The notes under the pieces: model-generated | What the model saw: only the letters and a program-made list of their open reading frames with translations | Database searches by the model: none | What the model was told of the DNA's origin: nothing | Shown: piece after piece, positions 37,108-49,324 of the stretch | Position numbering within the stretch: position 1 is the stretch's first letter | Layout: each line of letters begins with the position of its first letter | Source: Takakia lepidozioides | Lineage: Eukaryota > Plantae > Bryophyta | NCBI GenBank assembly: GCA_030704615.1 | Contig: CM060733.1 | Coordinates: forward strand, 23,498,001-23,562,000 | Length of the DNA: 64,000 nucleotides | Direction: 5' to 3' | Made by a program: the position numbers and the translations under genes

Positions 37108-37380
37108 TTTTACAAGAGATTTACGAATTAGGCCATTAACATTAGGCCATTAGCAAGATAACATGATTTATCTTGCTCCTGGCATTAAAGAAATTAAATT
37201 TATGGAAATATTATGGCATGGCCCTCATGTAATTTACTCTTTGGTGACCATGAGACAACTCCACCATCTTTCTAGGAATGGGAGAGAAGTGACCGAAGTT
37301 TTTCAAAGACAAACATGATCTATGATCTCAGAGTGAGGTATTATTCAATTCATTCCCAATGGTTTTCTAATATTCGTCTA

Positions 37381-37632
<252 letters not shown>

Positions 37633-38703
37633 TCAATGTTTAGTTCTGAAACCGTCAGGCCTTCTTAGGGACTTGTACAATGTGATAACTGCATATGGAT
37701 CGCAGGAGATGTCCGCATGCATTCAAGTCAGAAAAGAGGCAGTTGGTTGCAAATTGCAACATCTTTTCACTGTTTTGTTTTTGCATATTCGGCCAGTTTC
37801 TCCTCGATTCTGTTACTGAATGACATCTAACAGGAGGGCTAAGCTATACACCGTCAGTGGAGATGTTGTTCTCGGAATGGCTTTAGTGATGATGGCGGTG
37901 TCTCTCTCATTGCGGGCCCCACATAAGCTGATCCATACCTTCTACGGGACTGGGGTGCGCCTCAGTTTTCCGTTTGTTGTTGTTGCACAGGAGCGATGTA
38001 TTTTGGAGGAAGTTGATTTGGGGGGCAGCAGAAGAATGTGTTCACCATAACCTATGGCTGTAAGGGGAGTGTCGAACGGCTTTTACTCACCCATCCCTTC
38101 GCTATCCGAGGTGGGAACTCCAAGATAGAAGAGTTGGAAATCTCTAAGTACTCAGCCCGCTCAGAACAATCAGTCATGACCTACAGCTAGTGTATCATGG
38201 GGGTGTTTCCTATTTGTACTCCTTCCCGCATTCATGTTAGCGAGTTACCTTACTTTCTGCAATTAAGTATCAGTTTGCTTTAGAAATCTATCAAGTTCCA
38301 TCCATTCATTCCACAGCTTCACTCAGGTCTCTCTACAAAGTGTGAGTATGAAGTATGTATCAGATTAATATCTATCAAGTATCAGGCTGAAGCCATGGTG
38401 TCTCTAATCTACTCTACATTACAATTCTACAGCCTGCATTCATCAAGTAACAACAGATCGTCACTTCTCCTACTCCGTGCTCTTCATCTTTCCACTCAGA
38501 GATGTGCTCTCCCCTCTATTTCCAAGCCCTGATGCCAGAAGTCCCCCACCAAGAAGTGATCTCCAGACGTCCCGCTCTTCGCTTTTTCTACCTACAAGCT
38601 GTTCTAACCGCTTTCCTAACTAACCGTCATCCCTGTAGTACACGTTCATTTTTCAGATGTCGTTCCCCCACCGTCGTTCCCTGCCAATGATAACTGTCCC
38701 CCA

Positions 38704-38907
38704 GCTGTGTCGAGCTGTGACTGGCTGTATTAGGCTGTGGCGGGCTGTGACTGGCTGTGTCGGGCTGTGCAGGGCTGTGCGAAGCTGTGACGGCTGTGTT
38801 GGACTGTGACGGGTTGTGTTGGATGTGCAAAGCTGTGACTGGCTGTGTTGGACTGTGACGGGCTGTGACGGCTGTGTCGGGCTGTGATGGGCTGTGTCGG
38901 GCTGTGT
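38704..38907. repeat. ~10-bp GGCTGTG-type minisatellite within the LTR (second copy ~43577-43748)
   Basis: Tandem (G/A)GCTGTGNNN units. The array length differs between the two LTRs. Confidence 0.85.
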
Positions 38908-39667
38908 ACCTCTCCCCCTAAAGCCTGTTGCTGTCACCCTTAAGGCTCCTGTTGGTCTCAGTCTGTGTAAAAATTAAGGGTACCCCACAAATCCCGTAAA
39001 AGCGTCCAAGTCCCAAGCAACCCATATAACATTTACCCCTCCTCCTCTCAAAAAGCCGTGTCCTCACGGCTTACTGTTTGGGATTAGCAAACCTTTGTGA
39101 GCGAGCACCCCTGTGACGTTGAGAGTCTCGTGAAGGACTCCGTGTGCGAGCCCGTGTCCTGTCACTGGTTGAGGGAGATGATTGAGCACTACTTGGAAAT
39201 GTCAGTCCTTCCTTTGGCTGTTATCGAGGTAATCTTTCAGGCATAGGAGACCCCCGTCGCTTCTTCTCTGCCATCTGAATTGCATAGTCCTCTGCCATGT
39301 CAAAAGAGTTCGCTGAAGAACCAGTAGTATCAGAATCGTCTCCCCCCCTGAGGTGTTTTAACGGTCAAACTCTAACTGGAATCCTCTGGGGCATACAATG
39401 TGGTCCCACCATGTCTGGAAGTTTAATCTGTAAAACTTGTTGTAAGCGCTGAATTGCAAAATTGGTGAAGACCCTGAACTCCTTGTCTGTCCAGGTGAGT
39501 GGTGTACCAATGACTTGTGAATTGTGCAAGTTTTTCCATGCCTCATGGCCCTTAAAGAAAATATCATCAGGCCCGAATTTCTGTGTTGACAAATTGTTCC
39601 AGGCCGCATGAAACCATGAACGAAGATTCTACTCTTAAGGTTATGCAGGTCACCATTCTAATCTTAA

Positions 39668-40626
39668 CCCCTAATGGACAAGGCTGTTTTTGGTGGGCCC
39701 ACTCCAAAACAGCACATACCCTCACGGATGAGGGTATATCTCCCAGCCAACAAACATCCACAGGGATGAACTGTATGAAAGAAATGATACCTACCTCATG
39801 CACCTGCTGTAAAAATTCCAGCCCACTTTACCGTGTTAATAGGAAGATTATAACAAAATGGTAAGCCCTAAATCTGTAGTGTACTCCAATTTTAGAGGGA
39901 AGAATTTGTTTGACCAGGCTGTTGGTCCGGAAAAATATTTTTTCCTTGCAAGACCCCAACCACATTCCAATTCACAGGCACCTAAAGCATCTTGCCCCAA
40001 ATTTGCAAAGCACAATTCCAAAATCTGCATAGGGTTGCTTTGTATGGGAAAACAGTGGGGTCGAAAAGCACCATTTACCTCCTCAATTGACCTGTAATTC
40101 AGCCATAGGGGTCCAAATTGGCATTGGACCACAATTCAACGGTGGAATCGTTCCTTGAATGATTTCCTACTACCTCCAAAAAGAATTTCTGATTTCTAAT
40201 CAAAATGCAGGCAGAGATTTCAATTCCTACTTGAATCCCAGCTCAGGCGAAGTATTGCCTGAGCTGGTAGATAATTCCGGCCAATAAAAGGGGCTACGTC
40301 ATGAAAACCCATGAACTCATTGGGCTATTTTGTGGAGCCCCGCTGATACCCGTCGCCGGCAAATGCCCCATCTGCCTGCCACGTGGTAAAGTCAACCCTG
40401 TTGGAGGGTCCAAACCCCCGATTTTTGGGTACCCCCACCCTTTCCAAAAAATCCTGTCGGCTGTCTCCTAGGGTTTTTAGGGTGCCATCAACATAGCGGG
40501 GGGGGGTAGAATTAAATTTCCTACATTTTTCATTCAGGGCTCGATTTCATCCGAGATCATCTCGATGATTTTCATTCATTTGAAAATTTCCGGCGACCCG
40601 ATTCAGGTCGCCTCGTCCATTAGGGG
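39668..40626. mobile_element. piggyBac-like non-autonomous element
   Basis: TTAA on both sides (39664-39667, 40627-40630). 17-bp TIR CCCCTAATGGAC(A/G)AGGC. Confidence 0.7.
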
Positions 40627-43600
40627 TTAAGGTCACCATTCTAATGGTGACCTTAGTATGCAGGTCACCTGCTAATCTTAAGGTTATACCACCTGCTTGT
40701 CCCCTCACCAACACCCGGTCTGGTACAATTTAGATGAACATGCCATGGATGATAAAATTGACGTGATTATGAAACACGTCCTATAGATGTTTAAATGTTG
40801 AGTGTGCGGGTTGAAGTATACTAGTAATTTCTTCAACCAAATGCAATCACCTTTCAAACTACTGTACGAACCTATGTAACATTTATAATTGAATGTATTT
40901 CAAAATGTATTACATTGGCACCAAAGTGCTGTTAGTTCTGTGCTTCCAATTCTCAATTGGATTACTGGCATAGAATCATCAAAGTCCATGACTGTTTCTC
41001 GCCCTTCCGGCTTCACATTATAACTGGTCACCTTGCTGTTCAGGTCTGTGTTTCCTATCTCCTGGGCAATTCGATTGATTGCTTGATACAGCCTGTGTCT
41101 ACAATAAGGTGCCACAGCCAATAGCTGTCCAATGGTAATCTCTGCTTTGGTCTGGCATATTACTTCAGCCAAAGTCCCTTCATTACTTTGCATGTCTGCA
41201 GCTTCTTTCTTCCTTTCGTCCTCACTCACTTCTTTTTCTCCATCAGAATCAGAGGAATCTGCCACATGAATATCAGTACTCTTCTGCATTTCCCTTATGG
41301 TATCTGCCACTTCCTTGTGCAGTTCCTTCTCATCTCTCCAAGTCTCATCATCTTCAGGCATATCACTGCCATCTTCATTATCATCATCTTCCTCACTACT
41401 GGAGGTATTAGTTGGGCTTTGCTTCTTGTTACTATCATTGTACTTACTTCTGGTACAACACATGGCCTAACCATGTGAGCTGCCACCACTGGGCCTCATT
41501 CACAGGAGCTCTCATCTCATTCTGGTGTCTAATCCAGAATGAACAAGCTGCCTTGCGATGTCCTGGCTGATTACAATAGTAACACGTTTTCTCACCATTG
41601 GCTCCTCGCCCTTGGTCTGCTCTTGGATTATTTCTGAATCCAGATTCTCTGGCTGGTAATTCCCCCTTGGATTACCCTGATAGTTGCCTCTGGAATTCCC
41701 TTGGTAATTCTCTCTTAAATTACCTCTCCCTTCCATGCCATTGTTATAACCACCAGGCCTACCATAGTAGTCCTGATCACTGTTTCTTCTTGGCTGGGGC
41801 TGCACATGATGCACCCTTACTTGCCTAGGTTCTCTAGCTGTTGTCCTTCTGTTGTAGTAACAATTCTCAGTAGAATGGTTATCCATTTTACAGATAGTAC
41901 ATGTTTCTCTTCATGTGGCATTCAGTGGTGGTATGGCCTTCATTCTGGCACTTTGCACAACAAACACCCTTCCTCCAATGTGTTGCAGCCTCTGTGGCAT
42001 ACTTCTTCAAGATTTCTTCTAATCTTTTCTCATAGTTATCCCTCTTCAACTTCTCTTTCTCTTACTCTTCATTTTCAGTTCCTGCTCTTCTTCTTCATCT
42101 CGTCATCCTCAGAGTCCTCATCATCCCTTTTCTCTCTCCTCAGCATTCCCAATTGCTCCATTTTTGTTTGCAGTTTCAAATGCCCATCCACTGTATTATG
42201 GGGTAACATATCCACTTTTTCTTTGCAACTTTGTCTTAGTCCACTCACAAAGTTTCTGTAAACCTGGTGCTGGTACAGCAAGCCAGCTTTTTCATCATCA
42301 TTCCATCGTTTCCATTACTCATCCCTCAACAGTTTCATGCTTCTTTTCATTTATTAATGTGGCAATAACCAAAACTCTTTGGTAATATCTTCGTATGTAT
42401 CTGCTGGGTTTCTTTCAGCTTTCAGCACCCTTTGGCTATACAGAAGTTCCATTACCATATATAACCATATGACAAACAAGTCTGGAAAGCTGTGTTCTTG
42501 GTGTGCGTTGATCCACAAAATATCCTTTGGAATCCAATTCTTTACCAGTACAAGCTCTTCATGCATATGAGTATAAACATTCACCTTTCTTTCCTCCCAG
42601 CCTTCAAACTTTACTCGCTTAATGGATAGCAATGCTATCACATAAACCAGTGTTGGTAACCAACGTGCTCTTCCTCTACAGGCCACCTGATAAATCTTTA
42701 ACACTCCTTTCTCCAGACCCCATTCAGGGTCAGCATCATGCACTCTTTTAAGAATGTTTTCTTTACAACCGTCTGGCAATTCCAAGAACCTCTGAAAGAA
42801 TCGTTTGGACAATCTTTCCTTCTCAGTTTCACAGGGAATTTGATTCACATCAAATTCTTTAATTCTCCATCCACCATGATCCCACCAAATGCCTGTCACA
42901 TCTGGTTGTTCATGACCCAGTTCCCCAGTATGGTCGCCAAATGTCGAGCGGCTTTTACTCACCCATCCCTTCGCTATCCGAGGTGGGAACTCCAAGATAG
43001 AAGAGTTGGAAATCTCTAAGCACTCAGCCCGCTCAGAACAATCAGTCATGACCTACAGCTAGTGTATCATGGGGGTGTTTCCTATTTGTACTCCTTCCCG
43101 CATTCATGTTAGCGAGTTACCTTACTTTCTGCAATTAAGTATCAGTTTGCTTCAGAAATCTATCAAGTTCCATCCATTCATTCCACAGCTTCATTCAGGT
43201 CTCTCTACACAGTGTGAGTATGAAGTATGTATCAGATTAATATCTATCAAGTATCAGGCTGAAGCCATGGTGTCTCTAATCTACTCTACATTACAATTCT
43301 ACAGCCTGCATTCATCAAGTAACAACAGATCGTCACTTCTCCTACTCCGTGCTCTTCATCTTTCCACTCAGAGATGTGCTCTCCCCTCTATTTCCAAGCC
43401 CTGATGCCAGAAGTCCCCCACCAAGAAGTGATCTCCAGACGTCCCCGCTCTTCGCTTTTTCTACCTACAAGCTGTTCTAACCGCTTTCCTAACTAACCGT
43501 CATCCCTGTAGTACACGTTCATTTTTCAGATGTCGTTCCCCCACCGTCGTTCCCTGCCAATGATAACTGTCCCCCAGCTGTGCCGAGCTGTGACTGGCTG

Positions 43601-44144
43601 TATCAGGCTGTGGCGGGCTGTGTTGGACTGTGACGGGCTGTGTTGGCTATGCGAAGCTGTGACGGCTGTGTTGGCTGTGGCGGGCTGTGTTGGCTGTGAC
43701 TGGCTGTGTTGGACTGTGACGGGCTGTGATGGCTGTGTTGGGCTGTGTATCTCCCCCCCTAAAGCCTGTTGCTGTCACCCCTAAGGCTCCTGTTGGTCTC
43801 AGTCTGTGTAAAAATTAAGGGTACCCCACAAATCCCGTAAAAGCGTCTAAGTCCCAAGCAGCCCTCTAACAGGGAGGACGGCTGACTGTTGCACTCTTCT
43901 TTGTGCAGCTTTAAGATCCATTGACTGAACCTACATGAAACTTCACCATGACCACTGTATCTGGAAGAGGACCAGAAGGGGGAGCTAACCAGTCTTCTGG
44001 CACCTGTGGGGATGTGAGGACACTCTAACAGGCAAGTCGACTGAAAGAGGCACGACACGCTTTAAACCAAGGAGGCTTTAAACCAATGAGGTCCATGCCG
44101 ACTTCATTACATATGGAATTATGCCGAATACCATATATGAATCT

Positions 44145-44397
44145 GGAAAATACCCTTGTTGACGTGTATGGCAAATGCGGGGGCATCAAGGAAGCCCCTG
44201 AAGTGTTCTGATGGAGCAGAATCATTCCAGGGTATGCTCACCATGGGTGTGGTGGGGAGGCTTTGGAGATGTATGAGCAATTGATACAGAAAGGGGTGAC
44301 TCCAGACACGGTGACATTCACTTGCATCCTGAACGCATGTGCCAGCCTAGATGCTGTTGAAAAAGGGCAAGGAGGTCCATGCTGAGATCATCAAAGC
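44145..44397 (+). pseudogene. PLS-class PPR gene fragment
   Basis: NTLVDVYGKCGGIKEA.EVF; GYA.HG.G.EAL..YEQ...GVTPDTVTFTCILNACASL; GKEVHAEII. Confidence 0.75.
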
Positions 44398-47300
44398 TGC
44401 CTTCCAAAGGGGTGTGCTCCAGTAGGCAAGGGTGGTGGCAGGCATGGCGTAAGGGCACACAGTCTGCTGTGAAGGTGGGCAGTGTCCTGGCGCTGGTGCA
44501 ATACCCATGTGAACTTGCTTCCCAACTTAGACCCAATATCACTACTTCCTGGTGGGATTCCAAGGGGGCAGAGTGGCGGAGACAACTGTGAGTTGTGCAA
44601 ACCAGTGCTGAATTGTATCACAGTGTGACTGACTTACTGACCAAGGCAGTGGATTGGAAGTGTGCACGTCAACTGTTTCCGAAGTCTGATGGAGGTGGTG
44701 ATGATAAAGAGAATCACAGAATTCAGGGGGAACAGGAGAGCAAGCCTGTGGTGGTGCGTCTGTAACCACAAATGAATCATGGGAATTATAGGCCGCCGCC
44801 AGGGAGTATGTGAGAACTACATGAACATGTTCGAAACCCGAAGATAACCTGGGAACAGCTTTTAATGGCGAGAACGTTTTGGTGTTAAATAAATAAATAT
44901 TTTTAAAAAAAAAAAACCATTTTGATCTAATTTAAATGATTTAGAGCCTAATTGGTCATATCTTTGTCAAATGGACTCCGTTTGACTCAGTTTTTGGGGG
45001 GATAGCTGCAGAAAGGGGAAATCTATGTATCTAGAGGTGGTTTTAGTTTTTTTTTGGACTCTGCTAAAAATCTATGGAATTTTTTTGAATGTGAGTGTGC
45101 TATGAAAGATCCACAATTTTGTTTCTAGAACCTATTGTGGTCTACATGAGAGACAAATCTGGGGATGTCCTCCTTATATGGCTGGGGGAAATGAGGACGT
45201 AATTGAAGGGCAGGTCTCTTCTCTTAGCCTGTGCACACAATGGGACAATATTTATGTTTCTTAAGGAACTCAGACTGATTTGAATGGAGAGCAGTTGGAC
45301 GAGTTGATTGCATACTAGGAGTCAGGCATTAGCAATAGACAACAAACTGCTTTAGTTGGCGTTGAGGGCCTTAATATTGCTTTGGACAGTCAGAACTCTG
45401 TTGGAGCAAGCAGTTCTGCAACTGTAGGTGAAATACCAAAGTGGGTGGAAGCTAGGCTTGGAACACAGCCAAAGACAGCCCCGGGGACCAAGGTGTTCAG
45501 CCACAAGGCCGTGGTGTACTGGAGCAGAGGAGCAGGAGTTGCACAAGTTTTTGCAATCAGACCTGGTTGCAGCCGGACACGCTCTGCACAAGGCAACCAC
45601 GAACGGGGGTTCATTAGCAACAAACAGTTTATTCTGCTTGAAGGAGATGCAGTCATTCGCAACGAAGACACCCGCAACCGTCTCAAAGCTTTCGAGTTGA
45701 GAGACTGTCAGACCCTACTTTTATTTTCTTTAGTATTCAGTGAGCGGGAGATAGGGGAGTATTGTTTTGTCTCTACCTGGCAGAGAGAGGAGGACGGTTG
45801 GTTAGAGCGAGCTACTGTAGCTTGGGATAAGGTTAGTGGCAGGTTTCTGGATATAGATATACCTCCCACACCTTACCATCATGCAGAGCGAGGCACTTTG
45901 AGAGAAGTCTGGCAGTTGATAGCATAGATCAGAATTAGATCTTGCTTGGTCGGACCTCTATTCTTCCCCTCCCTCTCTTTACTATTTTCATTACTTTGTA
46001 CTTGTAGTTGCCAAAGCCTCTCTTGGTGGAGGCCAGTCAGTCCGGGGTTTTTGGGCTGGGGTATTTTGCAGGAGCAGCACTGTGGAGGGATTTTGGTGTG
46101 GGGGTGTTGATGTTTTGGTTTCTTGTGTTTGGATCCCCCCCCCACACCTGCATGTTTGACTGTTCGCCATGTTAGTTTTGTGTGGGCGCTTGCTTTCATA
46201 GGGATTAGGCCAGATTTGATCACCGGTCAATCCTAGAGTATGCTGTCAGTGGTGAGGCTGGAGTGATGACCAGCAAGACCACCAATGTTTCTTCTATGGT
46301 GAGGCTGGGTTGATGACCAGCCAACCATAGGAGTTCTTGCGGTGGATGCAGGTGCAGGTGCCCTTAGCCACTGGGATATGACCCTTAATCCACAACAGGT
46401 GCTCACCCGTGTCACTATTAGAATTAGTACTAGAGCCTTATAGTGTCATCCAAGACCTGAGGGTCCACCTCCTGTTCCTCCTCAGCAGTGTCATCCTGAC
46501 GGAGGAGGCATGGGAGGCATGGGATTTATGTGTGGGGCAGCACTACCACTAGTGCAGGTGGAGTCTGCTGCAACCGTCACTCGAAGAGCAGCACAAGTTC
46601 CTGAGCCACGAGGTGCAGAGGTGGAGTTAGATCCACAGCGTGGGGAGACAAGCCGTCAGGCTAGGTTGCCTCAATCATTCATCTTGGCGGAGACAGTGTC
46701 GACGACATCCATGGCACCTAATTCTCGCCCCACGGATACCGAGGCGGAGGTTATTGTGTCATTGGGAAGAGCTACACGTGCAGCACTGACACCTGCCGCC
46801 AAGGCTTGTGCAGCCAGTGTGTTGTTGGGGGCGGCCACCTTTGTATGTCAGGCCCCATTGTTCTCGGCAACCATGATTGCGACGCCGGGGGTAAGACCAG
46901 CTGCAGTGTTCAGACTAGCAGCAACACTATGTGAGAATGGGGAGATCACTTCATCTTCTGCGGAGTTAGTGGAAGGTGTAGTGGCAGAGGGATCCTCGGA
47001 TTTGAGGGTCAAGACTGCCACGGCTGCGCCATGGCAAGCTGCAGCTGCCAGGTTGACGGAGCTGCCAGCTAGGCCAGCCTTTGAGCGCGCCATGGTGACA
47101 CATGGAGTTGTCTTGTTAGACAACCAGGATGGCATTTTCTCTTTGAGTGGACCGGCAGGCAAGAGGTACCGGCCACTGCTGGTCTTGTTGGACTCGGGAG
47201 CTCAGCCACTGATGTTGGGCAGAGCTGCTATTGCAGGTTTGGGCCTCATGGAGGCGGATATGGAGCCTTGTCATTTCCAGATACAAACATCTCTGGGAGG

Positions 47301-47898
47301 ATCAGAGCAGGCTCGGGGCATGACATGGCGTGAGTTGGCCATTAGACTACAGCCGGATCATCCTATAGATGGCTCAGTGATGCGAGTCAAGGCCATTGTG
47401 ACAAATGCGGTCTCTTACGATGTCCTCGTTGGTGGGGCAGTGTTATATCCCATGGGCTTCACCCTGGATTTTTGGGAGGAGTCAGCACCCTACAGGCCTG
47501 GATGGCAGTCAGGGGATGGTCGTCGTGTACACATCCCTGTGATATTCATTGGGGGTGTTGCTGCTACCCAATAGGGCAAGATGCCAACACTAGCAGCCTT
47601 CACAGTTGCAGTTAGTTGGCCTGAAGAGTTGCTGGAGGGCAATGCCCAAGCAGAGGATGTGCCACCTCCAGCAGAGCAAGATGACATGCATGGTATGGCG
47701 GAGTTGTCTGCCATGGTTGCTCACATTCCATTGTGGGGTACAAACAAGGATTTGCAGCAGACTGCTGATAGACGGGTGCAACAAGCCTGGGTAGAGGCCT
47801 TCGCACCGTTAGGAGAGGAGGAGAGTGCGGTGATTGCACCAGGACTACCTCAGTTGTCGCCATTGGACATCACACCTCTTGTGTGGCAGTGCCCGGAT

Positions 47899-48840
47899 GA
47901 AGGCATATGCCTTCTGGACTTGTTTGGCGGGATCAGCACTGGATTGGCTGCAGTGCTGTAGGCAGGTGTACGAGTTTGATGTTACCTGTATGTGGAGAGG
48001 GATGAGACTGCACGACGCGTCTCACTACGCCATGTTGCTCAATTGGTGCAGCAGTACCCTAATTTGTTGCCAGTGTTTGCAGTTCGTGGATACCAACAAG
48101 CATTTCCAGCAGACATCTCTTTGCTGGGGGCGCATGGTTTGGAGCGGGTTGACCCTATTCACTTGGTAGTGGCAGGTTGGCCCTGCCAAGGGCATTCATC
48201 AGCCGGGCATGGCAATGGGTTACAAGACTCAAGATCACGCCTATTTTGGGAAATGTTGAGGGTCCTATGCTATTTACAACTTTAGCAGACAGACTCTCCA
48301 GCATATATCTTGGAGAATGTGCCATTGATGGGTGATTCTCGGGCCAAGGTGATGGCCAGTGTGCATCAAGTGCGGTCTTGGCTTGGGTTAGCAGTGTTGC
48401 TGGATGCTGCTGCAGTGGGATCACGGGCTCATCGCCCACGACTATGGTGGACCAACTTGATGCCACCTGCACTACTCAAGCGTGCATTTGATGGGGTGTA
48501 GCGGCCACCACACCTGACAGTGGATAGCATTTTGGACATAGGGAGACAGTCTCAGCGTGTGAGACACGATGACCGATCACCTTTGGCAGTGGTCAATAAG
48601 GTGGGTCTACACTGCTCAGTTTTCCAGGATCCCATTCTTTTCGGGATGGTGGACCTGGCCTCTTGTGGGATAGCCAGTTGCACCAATTAGTGGAGCCCAA
48701 TGCTGACGAGCGCGAGCGGGCGATGGGTTTTACCACTGGTACCACGGCGGTGCCATCTCTTTCTGAGGCATCACGTCGTCAGGTGTTGGGGCAAGCAATG
48801 GACCTCAATTGCTTGACTTGGATTATCAGCTTAGCTATGG
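47899..48840 (+). pseudogene. DNMT3-like C5-cytosine methyltransferase domain (motifs I-X) within Gypsy pol
   Basis: I LLDLFGGISTG; II YVERD; IV LVVAGWPCQG; VI YILENV; VIII RAHRPRLWWTN; IX ERERAMGF; X RRQVLGQAM. Confidence 0.9.
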
Positions 48841-49324
48841 CTGAGCAACGCAGAGTACGGAGTACACTTCCCTTGAGGGTCTCCCTGCCTACCGAGACGG
48901 TACAGGCAGCGAGTGGGGGCGAACAGGTGAGGACCACGAGGTGCAGGCCGCATCCATGGCACACGTGGGAGTGCTCGAGGTTCAGAAGGAGTTGGCAGCC
49001 AAGGCGGCGGTGATGGATGAGGTTGGGGATTTTTCTCGGGTTGAGGAGGTCCTCAAGGATGGGTTGATGGGGCAGGATGAGACATTGTCACTGACAGAGG
49101 AGGTAGTGGTCACTGCTTAAGAGATTGACGGGACGCGTCTTCTACCTCTAAGCCTGCTGGACTCAAGGTTGCAGTCACGGAGGACAACTGCGAACCTGAT
49201 GTTGGACCTATAGTCACCGGAGGAGAGAGACGACGTATACGGCGGTTCTTGAGGGTTTACATGAACTGCTTTGCCTTCAGTTTGAAGGACTTAAGCACTG
49301 AAGGGTCAACAGATTCGCATTGAA

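Larger units (their letters stand above)
38070..43871 (-). mobile_element. Non-autonomous Gypsy-like LTR retrotransposon (gag and partial protease only)
   Basis: LTRs 42942-43871 and 38070-39031, TG..CA. Perfect TSD GGGAG at 38065-38069 and 43872-43876. PBS TGGCGACC next to 42942. PPT GAGAGGAGGAGGGG next to 39031. Degenerate gag with CCHC knuckles ~41450-42750. No RT or INT seen. Confidence 0.9.

Noticed and set aside
46390-46435. Helitron 3' end (CTAG)
   Set aside because: No convincing GC-rich hairpin at the expected distance and no matching 5' TC end.
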